A stretch of 64,000 nucleotides of DNA from Ginglymostoma cirratum. Lineage: Eukaryota. Shown here one piece after another: positions 37,446-51,190 of this stretch; positions within the stretch are counted from its first letter, which is position 1, and each line of letters opens with the position of its first letter. The notes under the pieces are model-generated. The model worked only from the letters and a program-made list of their open reading frames with translations, ran no database searches and was not told where the DNA came from. The stretch lies in assembly GCA_024137785.1 (NCBI GenBank), contig JAHRHZ010000062.1:42935933-42999932 (forward strand), written 5' to 3'. A program made the position numbers and the translations under genes.

Positions 37446-39379
37446 GTAAGTGGTTAAGGAGACCCTAGGGATGAGGGGGCGAGTGGGGTTTCAGCTGGAG
37501 GCCCCCTCCCCCCGGCAGCCCCTGTGTATGTGTGTGTGGGGCGGTACCTCCAGACCCAGAGGCGAGTGCACCTCTTCGTGATGGTGCTGTTATTCCCTGG
37601 CTGTTGCTGCTGGAAGTGTTCCCTCTGATTGTGAGCTCCATCTCACCCGCCCCCGCTCCCCCCCCCCCCCCCCCCCCCGTGTCACTGTATGCATTTTATA
37701 TCATTTATAAGCACTTCGCTGTGTGCAAATTGTTTGTTGCATTCGTCTGTCTGGACTGTTATTCGGCTTCGTTAGCTTTTAAGTGCTTTCTAAAAATCCT
37801 ACCTTTTTTGAATTTCCCTTTCTCAACATTGTCTATTCTGAAAAGCTAGTGCCCGATTCATCGCAAAATTCAGTTCGTCAGGTTCTGCTCCTCCTAGTTT
37901 TTGACTTTTCTGTATATTATCTGGTCTCATTGAGTTGGGTTGCTTTGGATTCTGTGTCTGTCCAAGTGCAACTGCATTCCGATTATCCAGTTGGTTTCCC
38001 TTTTTCTGGGTGAATGTATAAGGGGAATTAAAGCAGTGAAACGTCTAGTGGTTATATTGAAATTGGAGCAAGAACACATTAGGCAGTTAAAACCTGCCTG
38101 TTCTCTCAAACCTACCTGATGCTCAAAGCTGTGGCATCCTAGCTAAACTCTTAACCAGTTCTCTCCTTGCTGTGGGGCTTCCATGGAATCTGAGAAGAAA
38201 AATCTAAAAACTCATGGCTAATAGAGTATATTTTGGAAAATTCTTCTTAACTCCAAGGAATTGAAACCAGGTGGTTATCTGGTCCAACTATTGTCAGCTA
38301 TCTGATGCAATCTCTGCCTCAGTCCAGAAGCACCTTAGCTCCTTCTGGAACATATTCAGTAAGCCAGCATTCAGTTAGTCTCAATATTGCTTTGGAAACT
38401 GAAAGTAGATGTTCTGAATTTGTTTCATGCAGCTATGTTATGCAGATGCTCATTCATTCTCAGAAATTTTGAAACCTGGTGCCAAAGTAAGAAAAGTTTA
38501 AATATTCAGAATTCATCCAAAAAGACTGGTAACGTAGATAGTTTGGGCTGCTGTGGTAAATGAATTCAGAATGAATATTGGCTAGCTAAGTAACTGTCCT
38601 GGTGTTACAGAGGGAAATTCACTGCCACTTCCAATTCTGTCTTTTCCTAGAGTATTTGGTCTCACACAGGAGTCAGTGGATAGTTCGGGGGGGGGAAAAT
38701 GAGCCAATGGGTGACTTTTATCTACCCAAGTTCAGCAATGCTTTATTGTCTGTATGGTACCTTTTTACTTGGCTAATAGCATTACTTTACAGAAACCTTC
38801 CTCTGACAAAAAAACCAGGGATGTTCCATATTAAGTAAAGCATTCTTTCTAAACCATGAAATAAAAACAGAATAATGGAAATACTGAGCTGCTCTGATAG
38901 CATTTGTGGAGAATGATTAAAACTGATGCTTCTGTTTTTGTTTTCATCTGAACAAGAAAAGGTTAGTTGTGAACAGATTTTGAGCAAGTACAAAGGCAGG
39001 AACAGTTAGAAGGGGTGGAGCACATGAGAAGGTCTTTTAACAGGGTGGAAGGCAAGGAGGGATTGAGTGGCAAGGGAGATTGACAGTGCCAGGCTCAAAA
39101 CTATGATAATGGGACAAGTATGGAAAGAAAAGATGGTTTCAGGGAAGCTACAAATGGACATAGCAAAACCATAATCTCTGCCACACATTTCCACCTGATC
39201 AGAGTTGTGATAGCTGTGAAGGGTCTGGTGGAAAGGTGGGGTGTTTCACCTGAACAGTATAGGGAGGCAGAGGTAGGACTGATTCCTTACATGACAGAAG
39301 ATAACTGCTGTGTGTAGAGGCTCTTTGCCGAAACTCCTCTTGACCTTTTGTAGGTCTGCATGTTGTTTTTATTCTCTTC

Positions 39380-42300
39380 AGGTGCTTAATCTAGTTCCCA
39401 TTTGAAAAGCTGTGGCTGAAGCTATCTCCAGCACTTCCAAGGTTGCAACCACACTCTGGGTTTTAAGAAAGAAATCCTTATTCTTTTACCAGTTAGCTTA
39501 AATAGATTTCCACTGGTCTTGACCCTTCTGCCAGTGGGAATTTGTTTTTCCTCATCTAAAACCTTCTCTTTTGAAGATTTCTAATAAATATCATCTAAGG
39601 ACAGCTGTCCAGCTTTTCTAATATCTTCACATAACTGTAATTTCTGAGTAATTTTCTCAAAACCTTGCTGTACCCTCTGAATCCTTCAGATTGTTCCCAA
39701 AGTGTAGTGGCCAGAGTTGAACAGAAGACATCAAACAGAATCAGTGTTTTTATATGTAGAAAGTGGCTCATTGTCTCTACACTGGTCAACAAGCATCAAA
39801 CTCATCTTTCGGCACTTGGCCTTATTATGATGGTTCATCTCAACTTCCTTGTTTCTTTACTCCACCCCTCTTGTCTATAAAGCCAATTTGTCTTCCTCTG
39901 GTTTGAAAAGCAATTGAGCAGCCTTATGTTTCCTGTCCATCAGTCAATATGGTATCCTTGTTGCCATTGTCCCACTTTATTTAATATGCTTTGATTTTTG
40001 TCAGCACATATCTCATTCTTCACTTTATCAAACACGTTTTGGAAAGTCCATATGCACCACACAACCTGTATTGCCCTAGTGTACCCTCAGTTACATTTTT
40101 TAAAAAAGTAACTATCAAATTCTATATAAACTTTATCCAATCCATGTTGGTTTTCCTTAATTTTATCCCGGATTATTATTTCTAAAAACTTTACCACTAT
40201 TGAGGTCAAACTGACCAGCCTACGGCTGCTGGGTTTCTGCTTTGCGACCTTTTTGAACTGTGTGTAACTTTAATTCTCCATTCCTCTATCAAAGTATTGG
40301 AAAGCTGTGACCAATATCTACACAATGGCCGCTCTTTTCTCTCTCAGCATCCTCTGGTGCATCCCATCTGGCCTTTGTAATTAATCAACAAGCAGTACAG
40401 ACAGCCTCTCTAAGATCTCTATCGGATCTTAACCCTTCCAGTATCTCCACTGTCCGTTTGTTTGTTTTTTACTATTATAAACTGTGGCTTCCTTGTTACA
40501 GACAAATGCCTGTACTCATTTAACACCTTGGCCATGATCTCTGCTTCTTGACTAAATTTCCTTTTTGGTCCCTAATTAATTTTATACCTCCCATTACTTT
40601 ATTTAGTGTTTTGTGTGCAGAACCTTTGTATTCCATCTTGACTCTCTCTCTTCTGCTTTCACATTCCCTCTGAATGTAGTCTGGCTCCATTTGTATTAAC
40701 AGCCTAACATCTGTCATCTGACCCTCATTTCTACTTTATCTCACTCTATTTCAACAAGCAAGGAACTCCGGTGATATTGCCTTGTGGGAATGCCTCAACT
40801 GTATCCAAGCTACCTCTTCTTTAATGGTAATCCAGTATGTTGTGATATTGTGTGAACCTTTTCCGCCTGCTCCCACAAACAAGACAAATTTGAAGTGGGG
40901 ATAGACTACTTAGCCCCATGAGCTTATTCTATCATTGCATAAGATATCAGCTTATCTAATTACTCCACATTTCTGCCACTGTTGATTAATGCTTGCTTAT
41001 CAAAATTCTTTCTAGCTCTGCCTTTAAATTTTTAGGGACTCTGCTTCACTTTCTCTTTTTAAGGAAGAGAGTTTCAAACACTCATGACCATCTAAGAAAG
41101 TTCCGTTCATCCTTTTAAGAGGGTGATCCCTCATTTTGAAACAGTGACTCCTAATTTGAAATTCTCACTGGAGAAAACATCTTTCCTACATTCACCTTAC
41201 CAAGATGCCTTAGGATCTTTTGTTTCAACTGGGTCATCTCTTACTCTTCTAAACACTTGTGTGCAAGCCTGGCCTATCCATACTTCCTTCATACCCCCAC
41301 TTTCCAAGTATTGATCTGCTAAACCTTCTCAATGTCCAATGAATTCCAGATCTTTCAAACACACCTTTACACAGCACTCTCAGATGTGGTCTCACTAATG
41401 CCCTGCATTAAAGAAACATAGCCTCCACACTTGGATGTTCAATTTCTGTCATTATAAATTGTAACATTCTATTTGATTTCTTAATTGCTTGTTGTACCTG
41501 TTCATAATCTTGTGTGATTTACGCACTAGGGACACCTAGATCCCTCTGCATCTTTCACCATTTTGATCATCTGCTCTTTGTTCAGTGTACTTAACTTGCC
41601 AGATGTTTTGCCCACTGACTTAATCTATTTATATCTTTCTGTAGCTTCCATATGTCCTCTTCGGAGCCTATTTTCCTATTTATTTTTGTTATCCACAAAG
41701 TTACCTTTAGTCCTTTCCTCTAACTTAGTTTTATAAATTGTAAAATGTTGAGGCCCCCAGTTGTTGTGCACCACTCATTAAATCTTCCCAACCAGATAAT
41801 TACCCATCTGTCTGCTCTCTGCTTCCTGGTAGCTAAGGTAAGAAGTCAGACAACACTGGGTCATTGTGCAGCTCTGTATACTGTGTGCTCTAAACTTTGT
41901 ACCTTAACTTGCTTTTTAGAAACACCTGCCACTCATCATCGCCACCACCACCATGGTTGCTACTTCATTAAAAATCCCAAATTGATTAGTTAAGCATGAT
42001 TTTCCTTTCACAAAGCCATGTTGGCTCTGCCTGATCAAATTGTAGTTTGTTTCCTGCTTTTAACCTCCTTTTTAATGGATTTGAGGATCTTTGTAGGTGT
42101 TAGGCTGACCTGGCCTTAAGATGTAACTGATTATTTTCCAATCCCGTGGAACTCTTCTAGACCGTAAATTTTGGAAGATGACCCAATGTATCTACCATCT
42201 GTACCGTTGATCTGGTCTTAGAACTTGTTAACCCTTTTAAGTCCAATAGTTTTACTAGCCCCTTTTCTCTGGTGATGTTGATTACTTTAATCATCTCTTG

Positions 42301-43180
42301 CTATCACCTTTTAGCTTTAGTTGCTCTTTCCTGTCCACATACTTGTAGAAGCTCTTCCTGTTTCAATATTACGAGCTAGCTATCTCAAACTGTGCTTCCT
42401 GTCTCTTTATTACTGTTTGTCTGCCCAGCCCTCTGAGCTATCACTGAACTTTGCAGATTTGTACAGTGTTTTCTTTTCAATTTAATACTATCCTTAATTT
42501 TCCCTGTTTAGTTGCAGATGATGTACCCTTCTCAAGAGCACAGAATTATTAAATATCATCTTAAAGGTCTACCACAGCAAGTCTACTGTCCTACCTCATG
42601 TCCTAGTTTCTCAGTTCATTGTAGCCAGTTCTGCCTTCATGCCCTCCTTTTTGACCTATATTCAGGTTTAGTGCTGGTCATGGATCCATGCTTTCTCTCA
42701 CTGAATGTGAAATTGTCATATGATTACTGTCAGCTAGAGAGGCTCCTTCACAATAAGGTTATTGATTAATCTTGTCTGCGTGCCTAGCCTAATCTCGGAT
42801 ATCATCTCCTGGTTGGCTGTGGGACATACTGCTGTAACAAACTGTGTCACCGAATCTCACTTTGAAAATCAGCCATAATTATTGTGACAAATATCTTGCA
42901 TGCTCCATGCTCTGACCTGCTAGGAGACTTATAAACTACTTCCTTGTGACTCTTGCCTTTAGTGCTTCCTATCTCTACCCAAACTGATTCTACATCATGA
43001 TCCTTCAAGTTAAGTTAATCTGTCAATACTGAACTACTGTCAACCTTAGAGTTGCACCAGCCCCATTCCATCTTCCTGGCATTCCTGTAAATGCTGTTCA
43101 ATATACAACTACCAAAATTGGTCACCTTTCAGCCATGCTTCTAGTGCCATTGGGTCATATTTATCTCCATTTGTATGTGG
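39380..43180 (-). mobile_element. Cluster of decayed CR1-type LINE fragments in CD81 intron 1
   Basis: Recurrent antisense CR1 hallmarks (gtcaaactgaccagcct, ttcacaaagccatgttggct, agatgtggtctcactaatgccctg). No intact ORF. Confidence 0.6.
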
Positions 43181-43911
43181 TTTCCACTTCCATTCTCCCT
43201 CCCTGCAATGGTTCTGTGTTTAGGATTTTATGAAGGTTAGGCTCCACCACAAATGTTTGTTTTAACAAACTTTAGAATAAAATCTTTAGAAATTGCAGGC
43301 AAACCCCAACATTTCTGCCACAACCTTCCCTAATACAGACCCCCGAACCCCTCAATTTAGCGGATACTATTTAAAATTCTTTAATCTCTCCAGCCCAATA
43401 ATCCTTGGATCTGGCTGATAACTGTTTGGGGAATTACAAGTTGGTACTTCTGGCTAAAACAGTGTCTATGAGTCAGGTTATTGTTCCTGACTCTGAGTGC
43501 AGATCAAGATCTCTACGATTTATCTGGAACACTTGGGTCTCCAACACATCTGCTAACAATTCATCCCCTTTATTACAAATGCTACAGGAGGTCATTTAGC
43601 TTAAAGTTCTTTCTGCTGCCTGTGTTATTCAACTAAGCCTACACCCACTGGTGTTCTAGCATCGCAACAGTATAGCTCCCACTTTCCCCATTCTGATGCT
43701 AGTGTCCTGTAATCTTAAACCTAGTTTTCCTAAACCAGCCTTTGAGCTCTGCGTTTAGCTTGCTAATCTTATTTACTCATGTTAATTTTTGTGTGGCTCA
43801 GGTAACAATTAAGAGACTATTACCTTTTTGAGGTTGTCTTCAGTTTAGCCCCTAACTGTTCATACATCTTGCAGAACCTCTATCTTAGCTGATCTATGCC
43901 ATTAGTATCCA

Positions 43912-44930
43912 TAAGACACGGGAACAGAATTAGGTGATTTGGTGGACTGAGTCTGCTGTGCTATTCAGTCATGGCTGATATGTTTCAATCCCCATTCTGT
44001 TGCCTTCTCCCTATTACTGTTGATCCCATAATAATCAAAAACCTATTTATCTCTGTGTAAAAGATGGTCAATGACTTGGCCTCCACAGCCTTTTGCAGAA
44101 GTGAGTTCCACAGATTCACCACCCTCTGGGTGAAGAAATTCCATCTCATCTCCACTCAAGGGTTGTCCCTTTGTTTGGAGGCTGTGCCCTCACATCCTTG
44201 TGTCTCCTGCTACTGGAGACCTCTTTTCCACATCCATTCTATCTGGGTTTCTCAGCATTTTAAAAGTCTAGAGGTTAGGCTAATTGGCCTGGACTTTCCC
44301 ATTATCTGCCTGCCTGCCTCATTAAATGGGGCTGCTATGTTAGCCATTTTCCAGTCTTCTGAGGCCTTCCCTGACTCCAGTGATTCCTGAAAGATCATTA
44401 CCAATACCTCTACAATATCTTCCGCTATCTCCTTCAGACCCTGGGCTGTCGTTCACCTGGTCCATTTTATTTATCCATCTTTTTAGGAATTTCAGCTTCC
44501 TCACTCCTCAGTGATGGCCCCTACACTCACCTCTGCCCCTGACTTTCTTGAAGTTCTGCTATGTTGCTGGTGTCTTCCACTGTGAAAACTGATGCAAAGT
44601 ACTGATTTAGTTCCTCTGCCTTTTCTTTGTATCCTATTACTCACTTTCCAGTGGTCCAATGTCCACTCTTGCCTCTGACCTTCTTAAAAAAAGAAACATG
44701 CAGTCGTCTTTAGTATTATGAGCTAGCTCACACTCCTATTTTATCATCTTCCCTGTTATTACTTGTCCTCTGGTTTTTAAAGGCTTTCCAATCCGCAGGC
44801 TTCCCACTAAACGTTGTCACATTATATGCTTTCTTTATTGCTCTTATGCTGTCCCTGACTTCCCTTGTCAGCCGTAGTTGCCTTGTTCTTCCCTTTTTGT
44901 ATGTTTCTTCCTTTTTGAATGAACTATGTG
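43912..44930 (-). mobile_element. CR1-type LINE, internally deleted
   Basis: 3' UTR (gagttccacagattcaccaccctctgggtgaagaaatt) joined at ~44270 to the RT N-terminal region (gaggttaggctaattggcct, i.e. ..RPISLTS on the minus strand). Confidence 0.8.
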
Positions 44931-46700
44931 TTTACCCTGTTTGGGGGGAGGGGGTGAGGGGTGAAAGGACTTACAAACTGTGAACCACAAAGCACATCTT
45001 TCCCTCTGTGCAAAATTCCCTGAGCTGTATACTCTGCCTGTATCTCACTCTGGGTGTACCCTCTCCTTTCTCACCAAGTGAACCATAACTGGCTCCTCTT
45101 CATCCCACTCGCAACTTCTCGTCCAGTCCAGAGAAAATGTTGGGAATGGACAGGCAATGCTATCACCTGGACTCTGGCTCATGGCTACAGTGAACTTCCC
45201 GTCCCTGTGACTGTACTAGCCCTGCAATTTGGCAACTGTTATGGGCAGCAAGTTCTTGTGGACAGTATTGTAATGACTTATGTTTTGTGATTATTATATG
45301 GGTTAAATATTTCCCAGGATACTGGATAACCCACTTGCTCATCACTCCAGAGTTGTACCATGGGATCTTTTAGATCCAAGGGAAGGCATGGCAGGGGTGG
45401 GGGGTGTCCTCGGTTGCAAGTCTCAACCAGTGTGAGCTTCAAATGCTGTGTTCAAATCTTTGAGGTTTGAGCCCATAGCCTGATGGCATATACCCATAGT
45501 CAGAGGCAAGAGTGCTACCAAATGAGCCAAGGCTAATACATATATCTCCTGGGCTCCTAGCGGCTGCATTGAGAGGGGGAGTCTCTGGAGGAGAATATTT
45601 GTCCTGATTTATTTACTTCTCCCTTTATTGTTTTTCCAACGCTGGAATAAATGATCCAAGTGTTTAGTCAACAACAGTGCATCCTTTAGTCTCTGGGCTG
45701 CTTAGGCAGGCTCTTTTTCAAAACAAGCTTCTTTTTGTAACAAACAGCACTTGCGCTAGTTTATACAAGTGAGCAATTTCCGCTGTATCGCATGTTGCTT
45801 CTTGAGGTTATTTACATTTTCCCTCCTTGAGCCCAAGCAACAAAGGAAGTAGGATTTGTGAATGATGCCCCGAGGCCAGACACGTTTCCCATTCTGAAAG
45901 GAAGCATGTGGGAAGCAGGTTTTTAAATTTCCCCTCGCTTTCTGAATCAGTTGTCTTTTTATTGAATACTTATGAAATAATAACACATACCAGGGCACAG
46001 TTTGACAAACTGATTTGTGACATGAGTGCTTCCCTGATGGCGAAACTAGCCCTTGTTTCCAGCCAACATGGCCGTATGTAATGTGTTCCACAGTTAGCTA
46101 AGCTGTCCGGGTTGGAAGGATTACGGCAATGTCTGCAACTGTAGATGCTGGTCCAGGAATTCCGTGCAGCGCTGGGGGCCCCTTCTATGTCTATGTATTG
46201 GCAATGGTGTGATTAACTCCTTTTAACCATCCTCAGAGTATTCTTGCTTTGCATACGGTGAACTTGTGGATTTGAGTTTATTATTTTTATGCTTCCATTT
46301 ACAACCTCTTCTCCTCAGCCAGAAACCGTTATAGGCTAATGCAAGGGCGCAGTGCTGCACATGCAGGAAATCTGAAATAACAAGAATTACTGGAGATACT
46401 CAGCATCTTAGATGATCTGATGGAAGATCATCTGATCTAAAATATATTAACTGTTTCTCTCCAGAGATGTAATGTGACCTGAGTATTTTTGGCATTTATT
46501 TTTTCAAACTGTTGTGTGCTTGTGTTTTTCATGAACGTGTTCATTTTGCATGCAACGATTTGGAGGCTGACTCCATTAGCTGTTCTTTCATTCTTCCATC
46601 AACTAACAATTGAACATAGATCATTTCCTTATGTCCTACTTGGTTCAATACCACATTGGACATTCTCTTTTCTCCATGTTGACTCTGTTAGTATGCAGTA

Positions 46701-46831
46701 AACTGAAAGAACTGTGGATGCTGTAAATCAGGAACAAAAACAGAAATTGCTGGCAAAGCTCAGCAGGTCTGGCAGCATCTGTGAAGAAAAATCAGTTAAT
46801 GTTTCATGTCCAGTAACCCTTAATTAGAACT
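46701..46831 (-). mobile_element. Penelope-derived short element, decayed hammerhead
   Basis: Minus strand reads agtt-ctaatta-agggttactggacat-GAAA-ca-tt-aact. Confidence 0.7.
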
Positions 46832-49036
46832 GGTGAATGAGAATGCAGAGGTTTGTTTTTTCAACTTAAGTTTAGCCCAACATGGGAAACATTAAACAAT
46901 AAATTAAATTATATGACAAAACAATGATTTTGATTTTTCCAGGGCAGGTGGCACCTGAAGAACTTCCAATGCCACTGTGCCTCCCACTCCTGTCCAGAAA
47001 TATGCTTCCAATGTTGTACATTCACGTCCACAGAACAGCTTTGTTTTTAGACATGAGGTCAGTTGATTTCTCTGCAGTAAAGAAATATTAAGTGGATCTG
47101 AAACTCTAGTTTTGATTCTTCTAGTCTTTATTTGTAGCAGAAGTTGTTGTTCACTTGGTAGCTCTTTTCAGATGTTGGCAACTTTTCTATTTTATAGTTG
47201 AGGTGTAGGCTCTTCTAATTGACTGCTCTGCCCTCTGGTTATTTTCACTACTGAGTCTGGGCTATGAATGCAGACTTTATGATGGAATATGTTTAGAACA
47301 GTTTTGATACAGCTCTCTTAGGGCCTGAATTTACAGCAAGTAACTCCAAATATGGTACAAAATTCATTTCTTTCCTCTACAATTATCTTTTACCTTGTAA
47401 ATATGGTTGCTGAGGAACTGTAGCAGTTAATGCAAGAGGATTGCTTTTCCGACACTGACACTTGTGATTTGATTTCTCTTTCAGTTTTAGATATTTTGTT
47501 TTCTATCTGGTGGGCAGGGCCTTTTCTGTGGTTTACAGGCAATGCTTTCAATTCTGATTTTTAAACCTAAATTTAGTTCAGGCTGAGACTGATTGTCACC
47601 ACCTCCAGATGAGGATCAAGATTAAGGTAATTTCTGTTGTGTTCGTAGTGCAGTTTAGGTTAAAAGAAACGTTATTTTGAAACAGTTTTAATAAATTGCC
47701 ACTGCACCCAGATTCCATGCATTGTCTGGTGGATTTTGTAACTGACACGATCCTAATAGAAGCAGTTATTATCCCACGGTTAACCCTATGTTCTGCACAT
47801 TTTAGACGTGGACCAATGCTGTTGACTTATTTCTATGTTGATTCTTTAAATCTTGGTTCAGTTGTTTGCGTTTCTCTGACATTGGAGTGCATTTTAGTCT
47901 GGCTCGATGTCTTCTCAACCCAGATGACCAACCGTGATTTATTTTACAGATCAATAGTGAGACTTTAAAGAGGTTGAGGTAAATTGAAGAGTAATCATTA
48001 GCAGGTGTCAAGTTTATGATTTAAAAGCATTTAGTTTGGAAGAAATTTGTGTGGTGTGTTCTACAGTTCTGCAAAACAATAGAGTACAATGCACTTTTGA
48101 CTTCACAAAGTAGAGTCACATAGAAAGGAGGGGTCATGCATCAGTTGATGCTGAGAGGAATTGAAAGGGAAGTTCAAAAAAGCAGTGACTACAGTAAGTC
48201 ATACCAGAGAGAGGGAAAAAGAGAATTTCAATGGAAAAGGCAGGTTAGAATTGAGACATTGGGTCATAAATGTTTCCCTGCACTCTATTTAGGAGTGAGG
48301 TTTTCTCAGAACTCCCATTCAGATTGAAGTGTCTTTAAATCTCTACAAGGTTGCCCATCTTCCTCAGCTAATTGCAAGGTATCTATGGAAGAGAAGACCC
48401 TGATCTCTGCCCTGACAGTGACTGGCTGGAGCATCGTTAATGACAACTTAGTGATCGGAGTGTTAAGCTTTGTGCATCTTATTTTTAATGTGACAGTTGA
48501 GGTTGAAGCACCTAGATGTGAACACGCTGTCACTTCTAGTGTGGTATCCCTGATTTTGGACATAACAATTGGATAAATTGTTAGATGGGCAGGCAATATT
48601 TTTGCACATTGAAGGTTGTCTGCATCTAACCAGCTGGTCCTCCTTATTCTGTGATGGGGAATTCTATTCATTGAAATGAAAACCACAGCCTGTTGTACGG
48701 GATACCATGAGAGTTGTGGTGATACTTGCATTAATAGTCTGATGTCACTCAAACTTTGATTCAGTAAACCTGGTAAATTGTCAGAAGCGGTTCAAGGCAA
48801 TAATGAGCTATCTGGGAGAATAAAAATCTGATCATTAATGTTAAGGTATCACTGGGAATCTTAGCAGCACTAGCCATGCTGGTGTCAATAGAATAGTGGT
48901 TAAAATAGTGTGTTTGGTGAAAGAATTTTAGTGTAGGATTGGATTCCGAATGCTGCAAATGAAAGGCTATGGTGAAAAAGAGGCTGATTGCAATTTGTTT
49001 CTCTTACAATATTTAATGTTAATTTTCTTTCTCCAG

Positions 49037-49151
49037 CTTGCAGGAGGAGTGGTTCTGGGTGTGGCTCTTTGGCTCAGACATGACCCTAAGACGACGAGCG
49101 TGTTAGAGACCCACTTTGCAGATCAAACAGCTCCCAGCACCTTTTTTATAG
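49037..49151 (+). CDS. CD81: CD81 exon 2: LAGGVVLGVALWLRHDPKTTSVLETHFADQTAPSTFFI(G)
   Basis: ttttctttctccag| acceptor, G|gtaagc donor, 115 nt, phase 0/1. Matches human LAGGVILGVALWLRHDPQTTNLLYLELGDKPAPNTFYVG. Confidence 0.97.
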
Positions 49152-50264
49152 GTAAGCATAAAGCTTTGAGTTCACTTTCGCCAAAGACAGCAACCATTGG
49201 CCATGCCTAACAATGGGGTTGGAGATTATAAATGCAAGCTAATCAAGGCTTTATGAAATGAAGGGACCACTTGTATTCTAAACAGGTTTAAGTTATGTCA
49301 ATATTTTTATAAACTACTTAAAATTCCCCATGTTAATAGCCTGCCTTGTGGAGCACTGAGTCGTATGTCTAGACAGGTTCCATGTTCTGTTTGCCTCTTG
49401 AGTTAATGAACCTCAGTAGAGGGGACAATCCAATCTGTTCCTGCTGTTACGGTAAAGGATCAACTGATGGTCTTTTGAGATGGTCATCTAGAGAACCTTG
49501 CTGCAAGTCTTGTGTGTTTGGTTAGAACTGTTATCTGAATCATTTTACAATAATCTTAAAAGTAAAGAGCTTGCCGAACTAGCTGCATGTGAGGAACTGG
49601 ATCTTGGCAGCACAAAGCAAAGTGAGCATTATAGCCCTAACATTTGTCAGTGTATAGCATCAAGGTAGCCTCGACAAAACGTCAACTTATGTAATTTTGA
49701 AGAAAATTTCTAAACACAGGATAAGAAAATTTGAAGGCCCAGGAGAGGGGAACTGATTGGGAGTAAGGCAAGAAAGTTCTATTTGCTGATCTGCATAAAG
49801 TTTAATAGTACACGTATACTTAAAATACAGTTTAAGTTGCTTTACCTTCTGGTTAAAGTGTGTCAGGACAATCTGGACAAGGTAAATGCCCATCTTGTTG
49901 CATGTGGGGAGTTCTAGACTTTTCTGATGACCTAGATAAGCTCATGTACAGAAAGTACCTCTGGCTGCACAAACCTGAGCTCTGGGTTTGACTTGGAACA
50001 GCAGCTGGAGTCAGAGTTCTGACTCGCAGAAGTATGTGAATAGCATGCACAGAGGTGGCACATTGCACATTAGGGGAAAGCAAGCAGTAACTAGTGGCTA
50101 CCAGGCAGCCGAAGAGAAACAGCTAGCTATAGGAGACCCCACTCACTTGTCATTTTTTCTGTTTTATAGATATCGGAGAGGGCCGTAGATCCATAGAGGA
50201 ATGGATGGGTAAACCTCTGATAGCTTCAGTTGTAGACAAAGAGCATATCATACCTTTTTGTAAC

Positions 50265-51005
50265 TTTATACTAAATGGACACAGCTCTGGCAGAATTCAA
50301 CGTAAGCAAGTATGAGGTTCTGCATTTTGGACGGAAAAATGATAGGTCAGGGTACTTTCTAGATGGTGTGAACTAAATACAGTGCATATCAAACTTGGGT
50401 GGTATTCCACCAGTACTTCGATCTTTAAAATCCCATGAACGGATGCAGAAAATAATCAAGAAGGCTAATAGAATGCTGACCTTTCTAATCTAGAGGATTA
50501 GAATAGAAGAATGCAAAAGTTATGTTGTAGTGATACAAAACTATGCTTTGACTCCACTTGGAATACTGAGACACTGCATTAGGAAGGATACGGCGGCCTT
50601 GGGAGTACAATGTAAGCTTACAGGAACGATACCCTGAATTTTTAGCAGTCAAGTTAGTAGAGGTTATTATAAATTAGGCCTGTTCTGTTTATAAAGGGCT
50701 AAGGGATAAAGATACTTATTCCACTGGATGGAGATTCTAGAAGTAGGAGCATAGTCTGAGAATGACTGACTGTCAAACCATTCAGGAGAGATGTTAGGAA
50801 GCACTTCTCCACACAGGGTGGTAAAGGTTTGGAACTCTGACAGTTGGATAAGTTAATTTGAAATCTCAATTTTTTTTGTTAAGCAAAGGTATTTAGGTGA
50901 TGTGGGTCAAAGGCAGGCATATGGATTTGGGCCACATATCAGCTATGATCATCATCAAGAATAGAATTGCTCTGTAAGCTGAATGGTCTACTCCCTGTTC
51001 CCAAG
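50265..51005 (+). mobile_element. CR1-type LINE 3' part, decayed
   Basis: W..QN.FNVSKYEVLHFGRKN-like motif at ~50288-50340, then ccacttggaatactg and a typical 3' UTR. Confidence 0.75.
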
Positions 51006-51190
51006 TTTATGGAGTGGCTATTACATGGCAGATGAAGTTCAGTGAGCATTATGTATTAGGTGATGCACTTTACACCATTTTTCCATGTTCTTTGTATCAA
51101 AGTGAAGGCTACTATTCTAAAGGATATGCAGAACCAGTGATACCTGGATGTATATGAACATAAGTCATTAAAGATAGCAGGACTAGAAGT

